64,000 nt of DNA from Setoptus koraiensis. Its lineage: Eukaryota; Animalia; Arthropoda. Shown in pieces: positions 1 to 12,100 of the stretch. Positions within the stretch are counted from its first letter, which is position 1. Every line of letters starts with the position of its first letter. The DNA is taken from contig CM106585.1 in the NCBI GenBank assembly GCA_048013815.1, forward strand, positions 3,410,001 through 3,474,000, given 5' to 3'. A model generated the notes under the pieces. It was given only the letters and a program-made list of their open reading frames with translations, made no database searches and had not been told where the DNA came from. The position numbers and the translations under genes were made by a program.

Positions 1-2588
1 GGCTGGCGCTCGCTATGGCTCTCAGTGGCTCGCGCTGCGGCTCGCAATGACAGTGCCCATGCACCGTGGACAATGCGCGAGTGACCTGTTGCGATCTCGT
101 TCCTCAGCGAGACGCTCGCATCCATGACGCGCAGTGATATTCGCCGGCCCGTCCGGACAGTCGGCATCGGCGGAGCGGTCGCATCGGTCGAGTCGGTCGC
201 GCCGCTCGCATCGGTCGCATCGGCCGAGTCGTCGACCGGCCGGCCGGCCGGTCCGCTAATGCCCGCGTTCAGCGGACGCGACACACAGACGGGGAGCGTC
301 GTTTTCGTCGGAGCTGCGTTGTCGCTGTTGGCATGCCGGACCGAGTGATGCTGCCGTTGGCGTGGCTCGAATAATAATAAGCGAGCGGCAACATTCGCAG
401 TTGCTCGCAACGGGGCTTCTTCTCATATGGATCGTCCATCACGTTGCGTTCGCTGGCACCGGCCGGCCGACGACGAGCCAGCGGCCGGCCGAGAAATATT
501 TCCATACGTCGCATGATATCCTGCTCGCCGTCTGACCATATCACTCGATATCACTGATGGCGCAGTGTGCCAATGCGGCGATATATCCAATGTGATGTGA
601 TGGATGTTGGCCAAGATAGAATGCGATTGCCTATTGATAGTTTATAGTTGGCACTGCCGAGAAAGTTTGTCTTTTCGATGGCGTCGCATCGGCCATTCGT
701 TGGCCGCGTTGGCCGCGTCGGCCGCCTTGGCTTCGCCTTCGAATTCGCCTTCGAATTGGCGCTGGCCTGACCACCTGTAGAGCGGTGATGGTTGCATTCT
801 CTCATTGCAGCAATCGCAATTCCGACACAGCGCACACATAATAGCGGCTATGCGACGCTCGACCACTCGACAAGCCGATCCGATTCTTTTTTGCGCCACC
901 AACTGACCAACGGGCCGGCGTCGCCTCCATCTATCACCGCCAATCGGGATATATCGTATATAATGGCATCATACGATGCCATTATACTTGTATATGCACG
1001 CCGGTGTACTCGCCTCGCATACTTAATATATATAAGTGTATATATATGTATATATATATACTTGTATAGTGAAACGAGCACACTTTTTGCGACTTTAATG
1101 GCGCAAAAAGTGTGCAAAAAGTGCTCGCTCGCAACGAAGCCAGCAAAGACTTTCTCCGCCACAAGACAGTATCATGCTGTTGTTGGTGACACATAGATCA
1201 ATCAGTGCTGGCCACAGGTAACTGCCCGAGCCCAAACTATCGCAAACTTTGCGAAACTGCCCATGGGTTCGCCCGATATTTCAGCAATTATTTTGTTTCA
1301 GCCCAATTGTCCCGATTGTCTCGAAATGGGCCGGTTTGGCGCCAATTTCGAACACTTTTCCGAGTCTCGGGCCAGGACATTTGGCCAACTTGCAACGACA
1401 TAGCTAGCGATGCGCATTTTTATACATAGTTATGTAATATATACGCACTTCTCATTGGTACAGTGCGGCCAGTAGTGGCCAGCAGTGGCACCAATAAGAG
1501 GAGGCAGGCAAATCGGTGAGCGGCAATCATTCAGCAATCTAATGAGATCAATCCCGGATGATCGATGATTTAATTTAGGTTAAATCACTCTCGGCTGGCT
1601 TGTTGTTGGCGCATTTGGCGTATTTAAATATATATTTAGGTACGATCCGCGCTGTCGACAATGAAAAAACAATTGCGCACCGCACAATGCCACTCCACTT
1701 GTCTCTCCGACTTCCTTCTTTCGCCGGCCCGTTTTTTTCGCTTCTTTTTTCCTTCTTCTTTTTTCTCTCTGTCTCGTCTCTGCCTCGTCTCTGTCTTCTC
1801 GTCTCTGCACTACAGAGTCTGTACTACAGAGTCTGCAGGCCAGACTTTTGAGCAAATCGCAGCAACCATTGCAACGGCTCCAGTTGGCAAATCGAGCAGC
1901 CAACAATGCAATTGTTCTCGCCGGTGTGCGCCGTTGCAGCCGAGCGAAAGCGGCCAACAGGTACATATATACAACAGGTACATAGATAGAGACTCTCTAT
2001 TGGAGAGTCGCCTACGCACGCGCCCCCAAATTAAACAAACAATCGCAGGGCCAATTGGGCAAATAAACTCTTACTGCTCCTTGCTCAGATTGCAACTGGC
2101 CACTGGCCACTGGCCACTAGCCCCATATTGTTCTTTGGTGGAATGATGAGAGCCGAGAGACGCGACGGCAAGAATGCGCCAATGGTCGCCGTGGCACCAG
2201 TGTGAACTTGAGCACTGGCAATAGATTGATCGATGGGCTCAGTGCGCGCCTCGAACACGACGAACGCCCCGACGCTTGGAACGCTGCGAACGCTTCGAAA
2301 GCGCTCGTTGTCGAGCGAATCGCCGATCGATCGACAACGAGCAGCGCGCAGCCACAACAAGAGGCAAAAAATAGCTGCGGCTAAGAATGTTTATTTAGAC
2401 CACAACGGCCATTGACAACAGCAACAGCTGACGTCTGATGTCTGATGTCTGGGGCATTCGGTGATCGATTGTGGGCAACGTTGATTGTTCCATTTATTGC
2501 CACTTGCTCCATTGGCTGGCTCTCATTTGGCTGGCCCATGCTACTGTTGTTGCAGCATTACACTAAGCTGCTGGCGAGCTACTCCATT

Positions 2589-3794
2589 CACCTGTTCATA
2601 CACTGTATTTAGCCGGCTGCCGCCGCTGCTTACCTGTTACCTGCGCGCTCACCTGTGCGCTCACCTGTGCGCTTACCTGTGCGCTTACCTGTGGCTCATA
2701 TGAGGTTACCTGAGTGGTTAGTTGTGTGGTGTGTGGTGTGTTGTGTGGCGCATACCGGATAAAGGAGCGAGGAGAGAGCGTGAGAAAACAATAGTTGATT
2801 TGCAATCGATCACTTCAACTTGCATTGTTTGTCTTGCGTCCAGTGCAATAATTCAATTTTTGCCTCACCGTTTGCGCTGCTTCTCTCGTCACTGGGCCAG
2901 CCAGCCAGTCGGTCGGCCAGTCAGTCGGCCAGTCAGTCGGCCAGTCAGCGCCACTGACAACCAACTGCTGAAAGCACGGACAAAACAACGACAATTGGCA
3001 AACAAACTGATGAGATCGCACTTGGTGGTATCAACTTTGTTTACCCACGCTCAACAGTGAGCGACTCGCTCAGCAGCAACATTCAGTTGGCCAGTGGGGC
3101 CAACTGGACTCATGCGCGATCCATGCGCTGCCATTGTGTCAGTGTGCGCACAGGTGAGAAGAACAGGCGATAACAGGTGAGCAGTTATAGCGCGTGCTTA
3201 CACAAACCGCTTGTATCCACATACAAGTTGTATGTGGATCAGGCAGGTCAGCTATTTTAGGAATGCATTAATTGATATCCAGCGAGGACCTATCTCCTCA
3301 CTCACTTGTAATAGGAGTTATCGCTTATCAAGAGGAGTCAAGAGGAATTCTTGGCGACTTGGCACTACTTTTGCCAACAGTTTGCAAACAACGCCACTCA
3401 CAAACCCAACAACGGTGTTACAACGGACAAAAACATCAGATGGGTCACATGATATGACTGCTATGCCCCCAAAGGTATGCGATGGCGCATTTATAGAAAC
3501 ATGTGATTGTTTGTTTACCAGTTTGTGTGTGTCAGTGGTCAGCTGACTGGTGGTCGCTGACAGTCAGTGGTCAGCTGACTGGTGATCACTGACAGTCGGT
3601 GTGGCATCGATAACCGCGCCGGTCCGTGCTCACTGCCACATGACCACGTGCTAATGACCTACACACACTGGCCCACAGATAGCATCTGTCAGATAGCTGG
3701 CATCTCACCTGGTCAACAGGTAAACGGGCAACAACGGGCAATGGGGCAACAACGGGCAATGGGGCAACAACAGGCGAGCAGACAATAACAGGTG
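2589..3794. promoter_or_regulatory. Cluster of Snail/ZEB-type E-boxes (CACCTG/CAGGTG, TTACCTG/CAGGTAA)
   Basis: 8 sites in 2589-2712, 5 more in 3151-3794, plus CAGCTG twice in the 32-bp duplication at 3531-3594. Confidence 0.35.
2645..2692. repeat. 12-bp tandem repeat x4 (GCGCTYACCTGT)
   Basis: Read directly. Confidence 0.9.
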
Positions 3795-5830
3795 AGCAGC
3801 GAGCGAGAGAGAGATGGCCAATTAACTATTTCGTGTGGCCGTGAATAACAAATGAGCGTCAACATTGAATAGATTGGCCAGATTTAACAGCGCCAACCAA
3901 CGTTAATAACCTCTATTAGCTAACTGGAGCTAACGAGCAACTGTAACTGTTGTTAATTCATTAATTAGGCCTACATTTGGCTGCCTGTCACGATGCGAGT
4001 CGCACATCATGCGAGAGTCTGCGCGAATCTGCGCTCGCTGGCTAGATCGCTATCTGTTTGGGACGGTGCTCTGTTTTTGGGCACATTCATTTGTTTTTTG
4101 GTCAACTGGTCAGCTGGCCAACTGATCAATTGGTGTGTTCACAATCAAATATTCATTGGTTATACACCGGGTATATATTTTAAATTGCTGGAAATGGGTA
4201 TTTCGAGATATGGGTGAATTTTTAACTAACTCGCTCAAATTTGCGCTTGAAATTGTGCGATTGTTGTCGGCCGGTTGGTCTATTAGCTCAATTGGCGGCT
4301 CGGCACGGCTTGCGCTTTGGCACACGCTTTTGCAAGTGATTAATTATCATTTGATGCTGATGATGCTCATTCATTTATATCATCGCTGGCTTTGTGATGT
4401 GGCTTTGCAACTGGCCACTAGCAACACAACGAGCGACCATGAGCAGCAAGCGACGATGAGCAACAAGCGATGATGCAACAACGGTAACAACAACACAACA
4501 TTTGTTGCAACTAACTGGCCTGCGTGCCTTTTAAACGTGGCCCTTGCGAGCACTTGGCGAGACGCCACAAATCACTGGCTCGATCACTAGCTAACCATTG
4601 GCCGGCTTGGCGATAACACGGAGGCCTCCCTCTCTCATTTAATCAAACAAACAGGTTGTTGTTGTTGTTGTTGCGGTTTCGTTGCGGCCAACAGTAGGGA
4701 GAGAGGTCATGCGTTCACGTTTTATTGTTGCTGGCGCTGGTGGCTGCTTGTGTGCCCATTGCCGGCCAAGGTAACATAAGTAACTAAGTAGCTTGTGTTG
4801 CTGTCGCTGTTGTTGTTACGTAACAATGACCAACAGCCGGCTGGGTTGTTCTTTTGACTTTGCAGCACAACCAACGGAGCAAGTTGTTTGGCAAAAAGGA
4901 GAAAAGAAGCAAAAAGAAGCCAGCGAAGAAGCCGGCGAAGAAGCCAGCGAAGAGAACGCTCTCCCCGCTCGCTCGCAACACAATACCGAACACTCGGCGC
5001 TTGTTGTATCACTGGCCGCTCGTCGTCCGATGCGAGTCAACCTGTTCCAATGATAGTCATAATGGCAGCAGTTTCAATTTGAAATAAAATGAAATAAAAT
5101 CATCTTAGCCGAGTCAGCAATCCCGAGAATCCATTGCGCCGTTCCAGTACAACACTGGCCAGTGGCGCAGCCACTTGCTGCCACCGAACACCGAATCTCT
5201 GTCAGTGTTCTCTCTCTCTCTCCCTCTGTTCGTCGCGCCGTTCGCTGGGCTCGGCCGCGTTCGACGCGCACTCTATATATCCTACTCTATATATCCCGCT
5301 CCGTATATCCCGCTCCGTATGTCCCACAAGGTCCCAAAGTGCGCAGACGAACGCTTCCATTCGCGCGCCATTCTTCTCGCTCGAGCTTCGCCGAGCGCCC
5401 CGGTTTCTGTTCGCAATTCGCATCTCTTTTTCACAATTCTCTCAACTCTCACAAGCTCGGCCAAGTCTGTTTGTTGGTCGTAGTTTCGCGCCACAAACCG
5501 ACTCACCTGAATGATACAATGAACAATCCCATCCCTAATTTGACACACACACACACTCAGTTTGAAATATGTTGCATCGGAATAAATTGGAATATCTTGC
5601 CGGCCGCATTAATAGAGCAAAACAGCGAGATAGTGAGCACTTGATAGCTGGCATAAACCAAACACAAGTCGTGATGTCGTGAATTCGTGAATATTTTCCA
5701 CTCGCAAGCGCGCATTTAATTGCCTAGCGCCTAGCATAATTTAAGTGCCTAGACTGACCATTATGATGTTGCCATGCCCATGTAATAATTCTATTAGCTG
5801 TTCGCTGCGTCGGCTATCTCGGCTTCGAAT

Positions 5831-5932
5831 CTGTCCGAGTGCGTTCGCCGGCCGAATGCGTTCGCTGTCCGAGTGCGCTCGCCGGCCGAATGCGTTCGCT
5901 GTTCGAGTGCGCTCGCCGGCCGAATGCGCTCG
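5831..5932. repeat. 34-bp tandem repeat x3 built from 17-bp subunits
   Basis: CTGTCCGAGTGCGTTCGCCGGCCGAATGCGTTCG units at 5831, 5865, 5899. Confidence 0.9.
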
Positions 5933-6159
5933 CTGGCCGAATCTGTTCGAGGCAGCGGCCGCAAAGAAGGAGCGCATAGAAGCGCGCACAGCGGCCAACA
6001 ACAAGTGCAGAAGAATCGCAAAGAATCATTGCGCAACAGCGAGCGAGCGAGAGTGAGTGCGAGCGGGCTCGTTTCGAGGGCGCCGAGTGCCACTTGTGGA
6101 TAGGAGCAAGCACGAACAGCGCCGGCATGCCGCTCGGTGGCCACCAAAGCGACCGCAAC

Positions 6160-6213
6160 AAACCGAAGCGACCGCCGCAAACCGAAGCGACCGCCGCAAA
6201 CCGAAGCGACCGC
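6160..6213. repeat. 19-bp tandem repeat x~3 (AAACCGAAGCGACCGCCGC)
   Basis: Read directly. Confidence 0.9.
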
Positions 6214-7241
6214 ACCGACCGAAGCGGGCGCAACAACGACCCGGCCGGCCGAGCTGTCCCGTCTTGTTCGCAACAACAAGCCACCAGATGGAGGGCGCGA
6301 TAAAGCGACCATACAGCCTAATGAATATATACAGCGTAGATATAAATGTAAATTTATTAGCATACAACGTACACAACGGTTACCTGTGGCTCGGCGTCCA
6401 TTGGCCGGCTCTGTCAAGTTTTTATTGGGCCGAGATTTAATTTTGCGCGACCACACTGTCCACTTGTTACATTGGGCTAGCCGTGCACTAACTGGCCCTG
6501 GCCACGACTGACCACAAACAACGCCGAGCAGCGCCGGTAATGACGCCATCGCACAGGTAATGAGTGTGTCTCTGTTTGTTTGTCCAGTGCGAGTTTATGA
6601 AGAGATTAGGCTGCTCGTCGCTGGTCGCTGGCATCAGTTGACTGGCGGCCAGCTATTGAGACAGGATAGATTTATGATGATTTATATCCAATGATTATCA
6701 TTAAATCTAAATTAGCGCCAAAATTGAATTGTGGCGTCGCGAGTCATGCGCGGCCATGCGGCCGCTGCGAGCCACCGCGGTCCGCCGGAGAAGCCGCCGG
6801 AGAAGCCGCCAGAGTTCGATGGAGAAGCCGCCAGAGTTCGGTAGAGAAGCCAGAATCTGATAGAGCAGAGTATAAGTATCGGCGTGCAAGTGAATACGCT
6901 GCTGAGATGATAATGATTATGGCGAGTCATTAAAAGCGGCGACACGACAACGATGAAACGAGCGACGGAATTTCTATATCGGAATATCGGCTGCTGCTCA
7001 GGCGGCGACCTGCGCTCGTTTTGATTTGATTACCGGCGACAAATTGACGCTGACGATGATTTGTTGTTGAGCTTTCGCTCGAGTCACTTATTTTAACATG
7101 TTGTCGCTTACATCGGACAGTTGGGCCTGACAATATCACTTGTGGCTCACACAAGTCGCAACTTGCCACTCACTCGCGAGTCGCGACTCGCCGCTCGCAA
7201 CTTGCGACTCGCAACTCGACGTTGAAACGAAACGATGAAAC

Positions 7242-7321
7242 GAAACCAAGAAACCAAGAAACCAAGAAACGAAGAAACGAAGAAACGAAGAAACGAAGAA
7301 ACGAAGAAACGAAGAAACGAA
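7242..7321. repeat. 8-bp tandem repeat x10 (GAAACCAA x3 then GAAACGAA x7)
   Basis: Read directly. Confidence 0.95.
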
Positions 7322-8284
7322 ATTAAAATTAAATAAAATAAAGATACTGTCGCACAGATTGATTTTATCTCAATTTGGGCTGACTTTTGCGCTCTCACTG
7401 GCAGCCGGTGACAGAGTGACAGTGCGCAAAAGTGGCCGAGCGAAATGGAGCGATAAGCAGCTTTTGGCAGCTTCTAGGTGGTCCTCACTGTCACTCACTA
7501 TCCGATTTGCCGGTCACTCGCGCGGATTTAGCGCCAACTCGAGAACGCATCTCGCCAAACGCAATAAGCTGACAAGCCTCTCGCCGGACCTACAAAGAAT
7601 CGGAAGTGCGCTCACTCACTACCGATCGACGCGTCAGCGGTGCTGCCGGGCTAATCCAATGTGCACTGTGTAATGCAATCAGCGCCACCAGCAACGAGAA
7701 AGAAGCGAAGAGAAGGAAAGAATTTCGCAGAGAATTCCAACCATTTGCTGGCTGGCTCATGATTCACCTTGATTTATGTCGCGCACACAAGCGAGCGAGT
7801 AATTAACGTGTTGTTGTTGTTGTTGCTCGATATGACACTTGTTGTTGTCGCATTCTCAGGCACATATTCAGCTTACATGGAGTGGGCAAATGGCAGCAAT
7901 TGCTGCAAGTGGCAACCGAAAGAGCCAAATAAATCTTGTCTTGTTGCTTGTTGCGCACAGATTTGGCCAGATCAAACGATCAACAACGACCAATGGCTTC
8001 GTACCGAGCGACTATCGCCGGCCGCGCTGCTGGCGCTGGCTCCGATTTGATTGCGGCCGGCGCAAAATCGCAGCCATTAGCAAGTATGCCAACACGATAA
8101 TGGTCGCTAATTAAAACTTTGCCCGCTCGCTGCTCTGGTGTCTCGTTTTGGCCGGTGTTGCGTTCGCTGGCGAGCCGCCGAGTGCCCGACCACCGATACG
8201 AACCGACAAAACTGTGCACACTCTCGTGCGCAGACAACAAGCTCGCAACTGTCAGCTCAGAGTCGGCGGTCGAATTGCCCAACT

Positions 8285-8396
8285 CGACTATTCAACTCGA
8301 ATTCGAGTCGAATAGTCGGATTCGAGTCGAATAGTCGGATTCGAGTTGAATCGTCGGATTCGAGTTGAATCGTCGGATTCGAGTTGAATTGTCGGA
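8285..8396. repeat. 19-bp tandem repeat x5 preceded by one inverted unit
   Basis: TTCGAGTYGAATNGTCGGA from 8302; CGACTATTCAACTCGAA at 8285-8301 is the reverse complement of unit 1 with one mismatch. Confidence 0.9.
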
Positions 8397-9109
8397 TGTG
8401 AACTGAATTCGGCCGGCCGAATGCCAGAGAATCGGCCGGCCGGCACGCAAAAGAACGGGCCAAATCCACTCGAGCTGCAATGACAAGTGGCGACCTATAA
8501 TTGGCGCGCTGCGCCAACGTGCGACTGCGCCCGCTTTGTGCGTGTGGTCTAGCCAACGAAAATCACCTTATCAATCACTTTCGTTCAATGCCCTATATGC
8601 CCGGTGTATCTTTGCCATGAGTATGTTGCGCAAGCACATTTGAAGCAGCTACACATTTGGCGCGTCTGTGCTCGGTTATAATGCCATATCTCGCCATATA
8701 AGCGACATATGGCAACAATCGATGGCTGATGACATGATTGCATAATGCAATTTGCATTAAAAGCAATTAACTTGTTATTAACTTTGCTCCTTGGCGCTCG
8801 CTATTCGAAACAACTGTGTGTTTCGAGTGTGCGTGGGAGGGGGCGCCCGCTCGCTTGTCACATACCGAATATGCTCACGGATGACTCGACGTAAAGATTC
8901 TTTGGAAAAGTGTCGAAAGATGCCAGTGATGATGCAAACATAAACAACATGCAAAGTGCAATGAATGAATGTGAGAAATAGATAAAAAATAAATAAATAA
9001 AATTACATGATGCATTAGAGTAGTCGTATTAATCATCGTCGCCATGTAATGATAATGTATTAGCACTCATTCGTACAAACAACAACAACTCAATCTCGCA
9101 AGCAGGCTT

Positions 9110-9110
<1 letters not shown>

Positions 9111-9140
<30 letters not shown>
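9111..9140. repeat. (CGA)10 microsatellite
   Basis: Read directly. Confidence 0.95.
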
Positions 9141-12100
9141 AACCGATTGGCGCTGTTCAGTGTTGTTTTGCCTAAACGCACACTTATACGTATAATCATA
9201 CTTTTGTGTATAATATGCGCCTAATATCGCATAAATATTACATAACACATGATACATAACACATGATACATAACACAGCTATTATGGTCGCCGTAACATG
9301 TTATGTAATGTAAATGATGATATTTAATAACAAGTATGATGGATATTTCAAGCGTGCACATTTGATTGTTGACGCCATTCGTCGCTACTGTTTGCCGGTC
9401 GCATGCGAATTGCAACAGCGACAATGGCGAGCGATGTTGGTGTGCTCATTGTGGCTCTGCGAGCAGTTGAACAGCCGCCAGACCGAGCTCGACTGAATGG
9501 AACGTTCGCCAGCTCAAATGGGCGACTTCGAGGCTCCGAACTCGCCGAGTGCCGAGTGACTCTCGCAAATCGAAATTCAAAATTCACAATTCGCGATTCA
9601 CAATTCGCGATTCGCGAATCGCAGCTCGAAGCCGCAAGGTTCGGCGCGTCGAAAGTGGAAAGTGGAAACGCGCCCCGCCGCTGCCGGCACTCAAAACGGA
9701 TGGAGTGCTGGCCATGACGACGAGATAATGGAAATGTATCACCCGCAAGCGACACAACAAGCCGCACAGGCCAGTTTAAATGGGCGACGCGATGACGCAA
9801 TGTGCGCTCTGCGCAACAGAGATAAGAGCTGTTGTTAAAATAACACTTATTATTACATAATCCACATTCGTCGTCGCCCTCGCTCGTTCTGTGGCTGTCG
9901 CTCGTTGTGTGACTGTCGCTCGTTGTGTCGCTGTCGCCCTCTCTGTCTGGCTTGTTGTCGGCGCTCCGGGGCGCTCCGGCGCCCGATGATATACTGACGC
10001 CGGCGTTATGAATATAAAATAAGCCGCTGAGATAAAGTGGCGCTGTTAGGTGTTTTATGGTTTAGTTGCGGTTATCGCACGCGCGCGCGTTATGTACAAC
10101 AGCACGCGCTCCTCCTCCACGTGCGGCCGTGTTATTCTTGCCATTGCCTTATTTAACTATTATTATTGTTGTCGGATTATTATATTATTATTCCCATCAA
10201 TGGGGCCCCAGAAAGCGAGCGCGGGGCCTCTGTGTGGGCCTGGCTGCAGCTCGCAACAAGGACGACGCGCGCTCAGCAGATATGATTCGCGCAATCTGAT
10301 CTGTCGGGCCCGCGTCGCGTATCCGTTCAAAAGTGCACCGGCCCCCATTACGAATTCGGCAACATGTCGGCCGGCGCGACTGTCGTCGCGAGCCACTCAT
10401 CGAGGTCAATCCCGGGCACATGATCAATCTTCATCAATCTTATCTCCCTGAAAAAACTCACTTTTGTCGCTCGTGGCTCTCGAATGGCCCTCGCAGCCGG
10501 ACTGAAAAAGAAAAGCTAGACACTTTGTTGTTATTGCAACTTTTTTCAACAACCGACAACCGACAGCCCACAGCGATTGGCCCGTCTCAAAGTGCAATTT
10601 TCAACTGGCATTTCAATCCGTGCCGGTGCTTTCATTGCGCGTGTCGCAGCCAGAATGAAAAAAATCTCGCTCATTATTATCCGAGGCGCGTTTTTCAATA
10701 TAATCTTTTCACACACACTGACAGAATGATCAGCTGTTCGGGCACGATAGCCAGGGGCCGCGCCTCGAGAGGCCCAATGAGCCAACCGGCGCTTGCATAG
10801 ATCCCGAGATACGCACACTGTTGTTGAGTGCTGCTGCTGAATGTCGGGGCCCCACAGCAATTTCCACATGATTGGCCAGCGCTATGCAAATAACAGTGTA
10901 ACATAAAATTGCTGCAATGTTGATGACATAATCCGAGCCAATTGCCCAAACGGAAGCGCGGCCACGCGCCACTCACTGCCACAGCCACGCTGTCACACCA
11001 TGATCGAGAGATGGCGCCACTCGATAAACTGACCACTCAGGCATGATGCTATAATTGCCGCTATAAGTACGCTGCCCGAAATGCTCGTCGTTCTCAATGG
11101 CAACCAGAATAGAGCCAGCAATAGAGAGAAAACAAATTAAATTTGTCAATTTTAGCCATCGCCGGCCATCTTTATCCATATATGGCCGCATGTATGTAAC
11201 ATAAACATGATGAACGCTGATGATTTGCACGCAGCGGAGCCCGCAAAAATCACCGCCGATCGGCACGCTCATCATGACGCAAATCAACGCATCGCTGGCC
11301 AGCAATCGGCCGTTGGGAGCCTCTTTGGGGCCTCTTTGGGCCGTCGGACGGGCCGCGGTTCGACGCTGGGCGCGCGGGCTTCGAGTTGGATCTGGCCGCG
11401 AGTTGGCCGCTGCGGACGGGCCACTGCGGGCCGGCGACTGCCAGTGGGCAACTCGAGGCGCAAACGGGCCGGAGCGCGGCGAACGGGCGACGCTCGCGAG
11501 CGCATTGTTGCGAGCAAATTGAGCATGAGAAATTGACTAATCGAGGCGTAAAAGTTTCTCTCGGAATGAGCAAAAGCGAGCATCGTTCATAATTCACCGA
11601 CGCGAGTAACCTGGTGCCCGAGCGGGCCAGTCAGTGACAGTGGCGGGCGGTGGCTGGCGGTGGCGGGCGGAGGCCGGGAGTCAATGGCGGTCGCCGGGAG
11701 TCAGTGGCAGTCAGCGACAGTCAGTGGCCGGGGCCGCCGGGCCGGGCCGCACCGTACCGCACCGACGAATGTCAGCGCCAGGGCGGCATCCGGCGTCGCG
11801 AATCGATTCGCGGAGCGGCCGTACGAGAACGGGCGCACACAGCGAAGATAAGGAGGCGAGCACAATGAGAAGAAATATGTTTTTTCCAATCGGAGAATGT
11901 GAACAGTATTGTACCGATTGTTGTGAGTCGGGCGAGCAGTTGGCCGCCAGTTGGAGCCATGTAAATGATACTTTAGTGGCCGGCCGGCCGGCAATGATTC
12001 TTGTCCGGCCAACGAGCCTGGCAATTGTATGCAAATTGGCAGGCCGAGAAACGTGATATCGTTGCCAGTGGCAACCGCGCGCATACCTCATGAATAAATC

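Noticed and set aside
2630-2712. CAGGTAA sites as Zelda/TAGteam elements
   Set aside because: The taxon is uncertain and Zelda is, to my knowledge, not present in chelicerates. I kept only the generic E-box/ZEB interpretation.
5794-6549. Long ORFs in the flanks (e.g. 5794-6549, 11711-12385, 13929-14525, 16300-16938, 21678-22262, 46021-46782, 61173-61895, 62706-63413)
   Set aside because: They overlap in several frames and on both strands, are built from tandem or trinucleotide repeats in GC-rich stop-poor DNA, often lack an ATG, and show no domain signature.
8302-8396. CRISPR-like appearance of regular arrays (also 27309, 46927, 5831)
   Set aside because: The units are contiguous with no unique spacers, there are no cas genes, and the context is eukaryotic.
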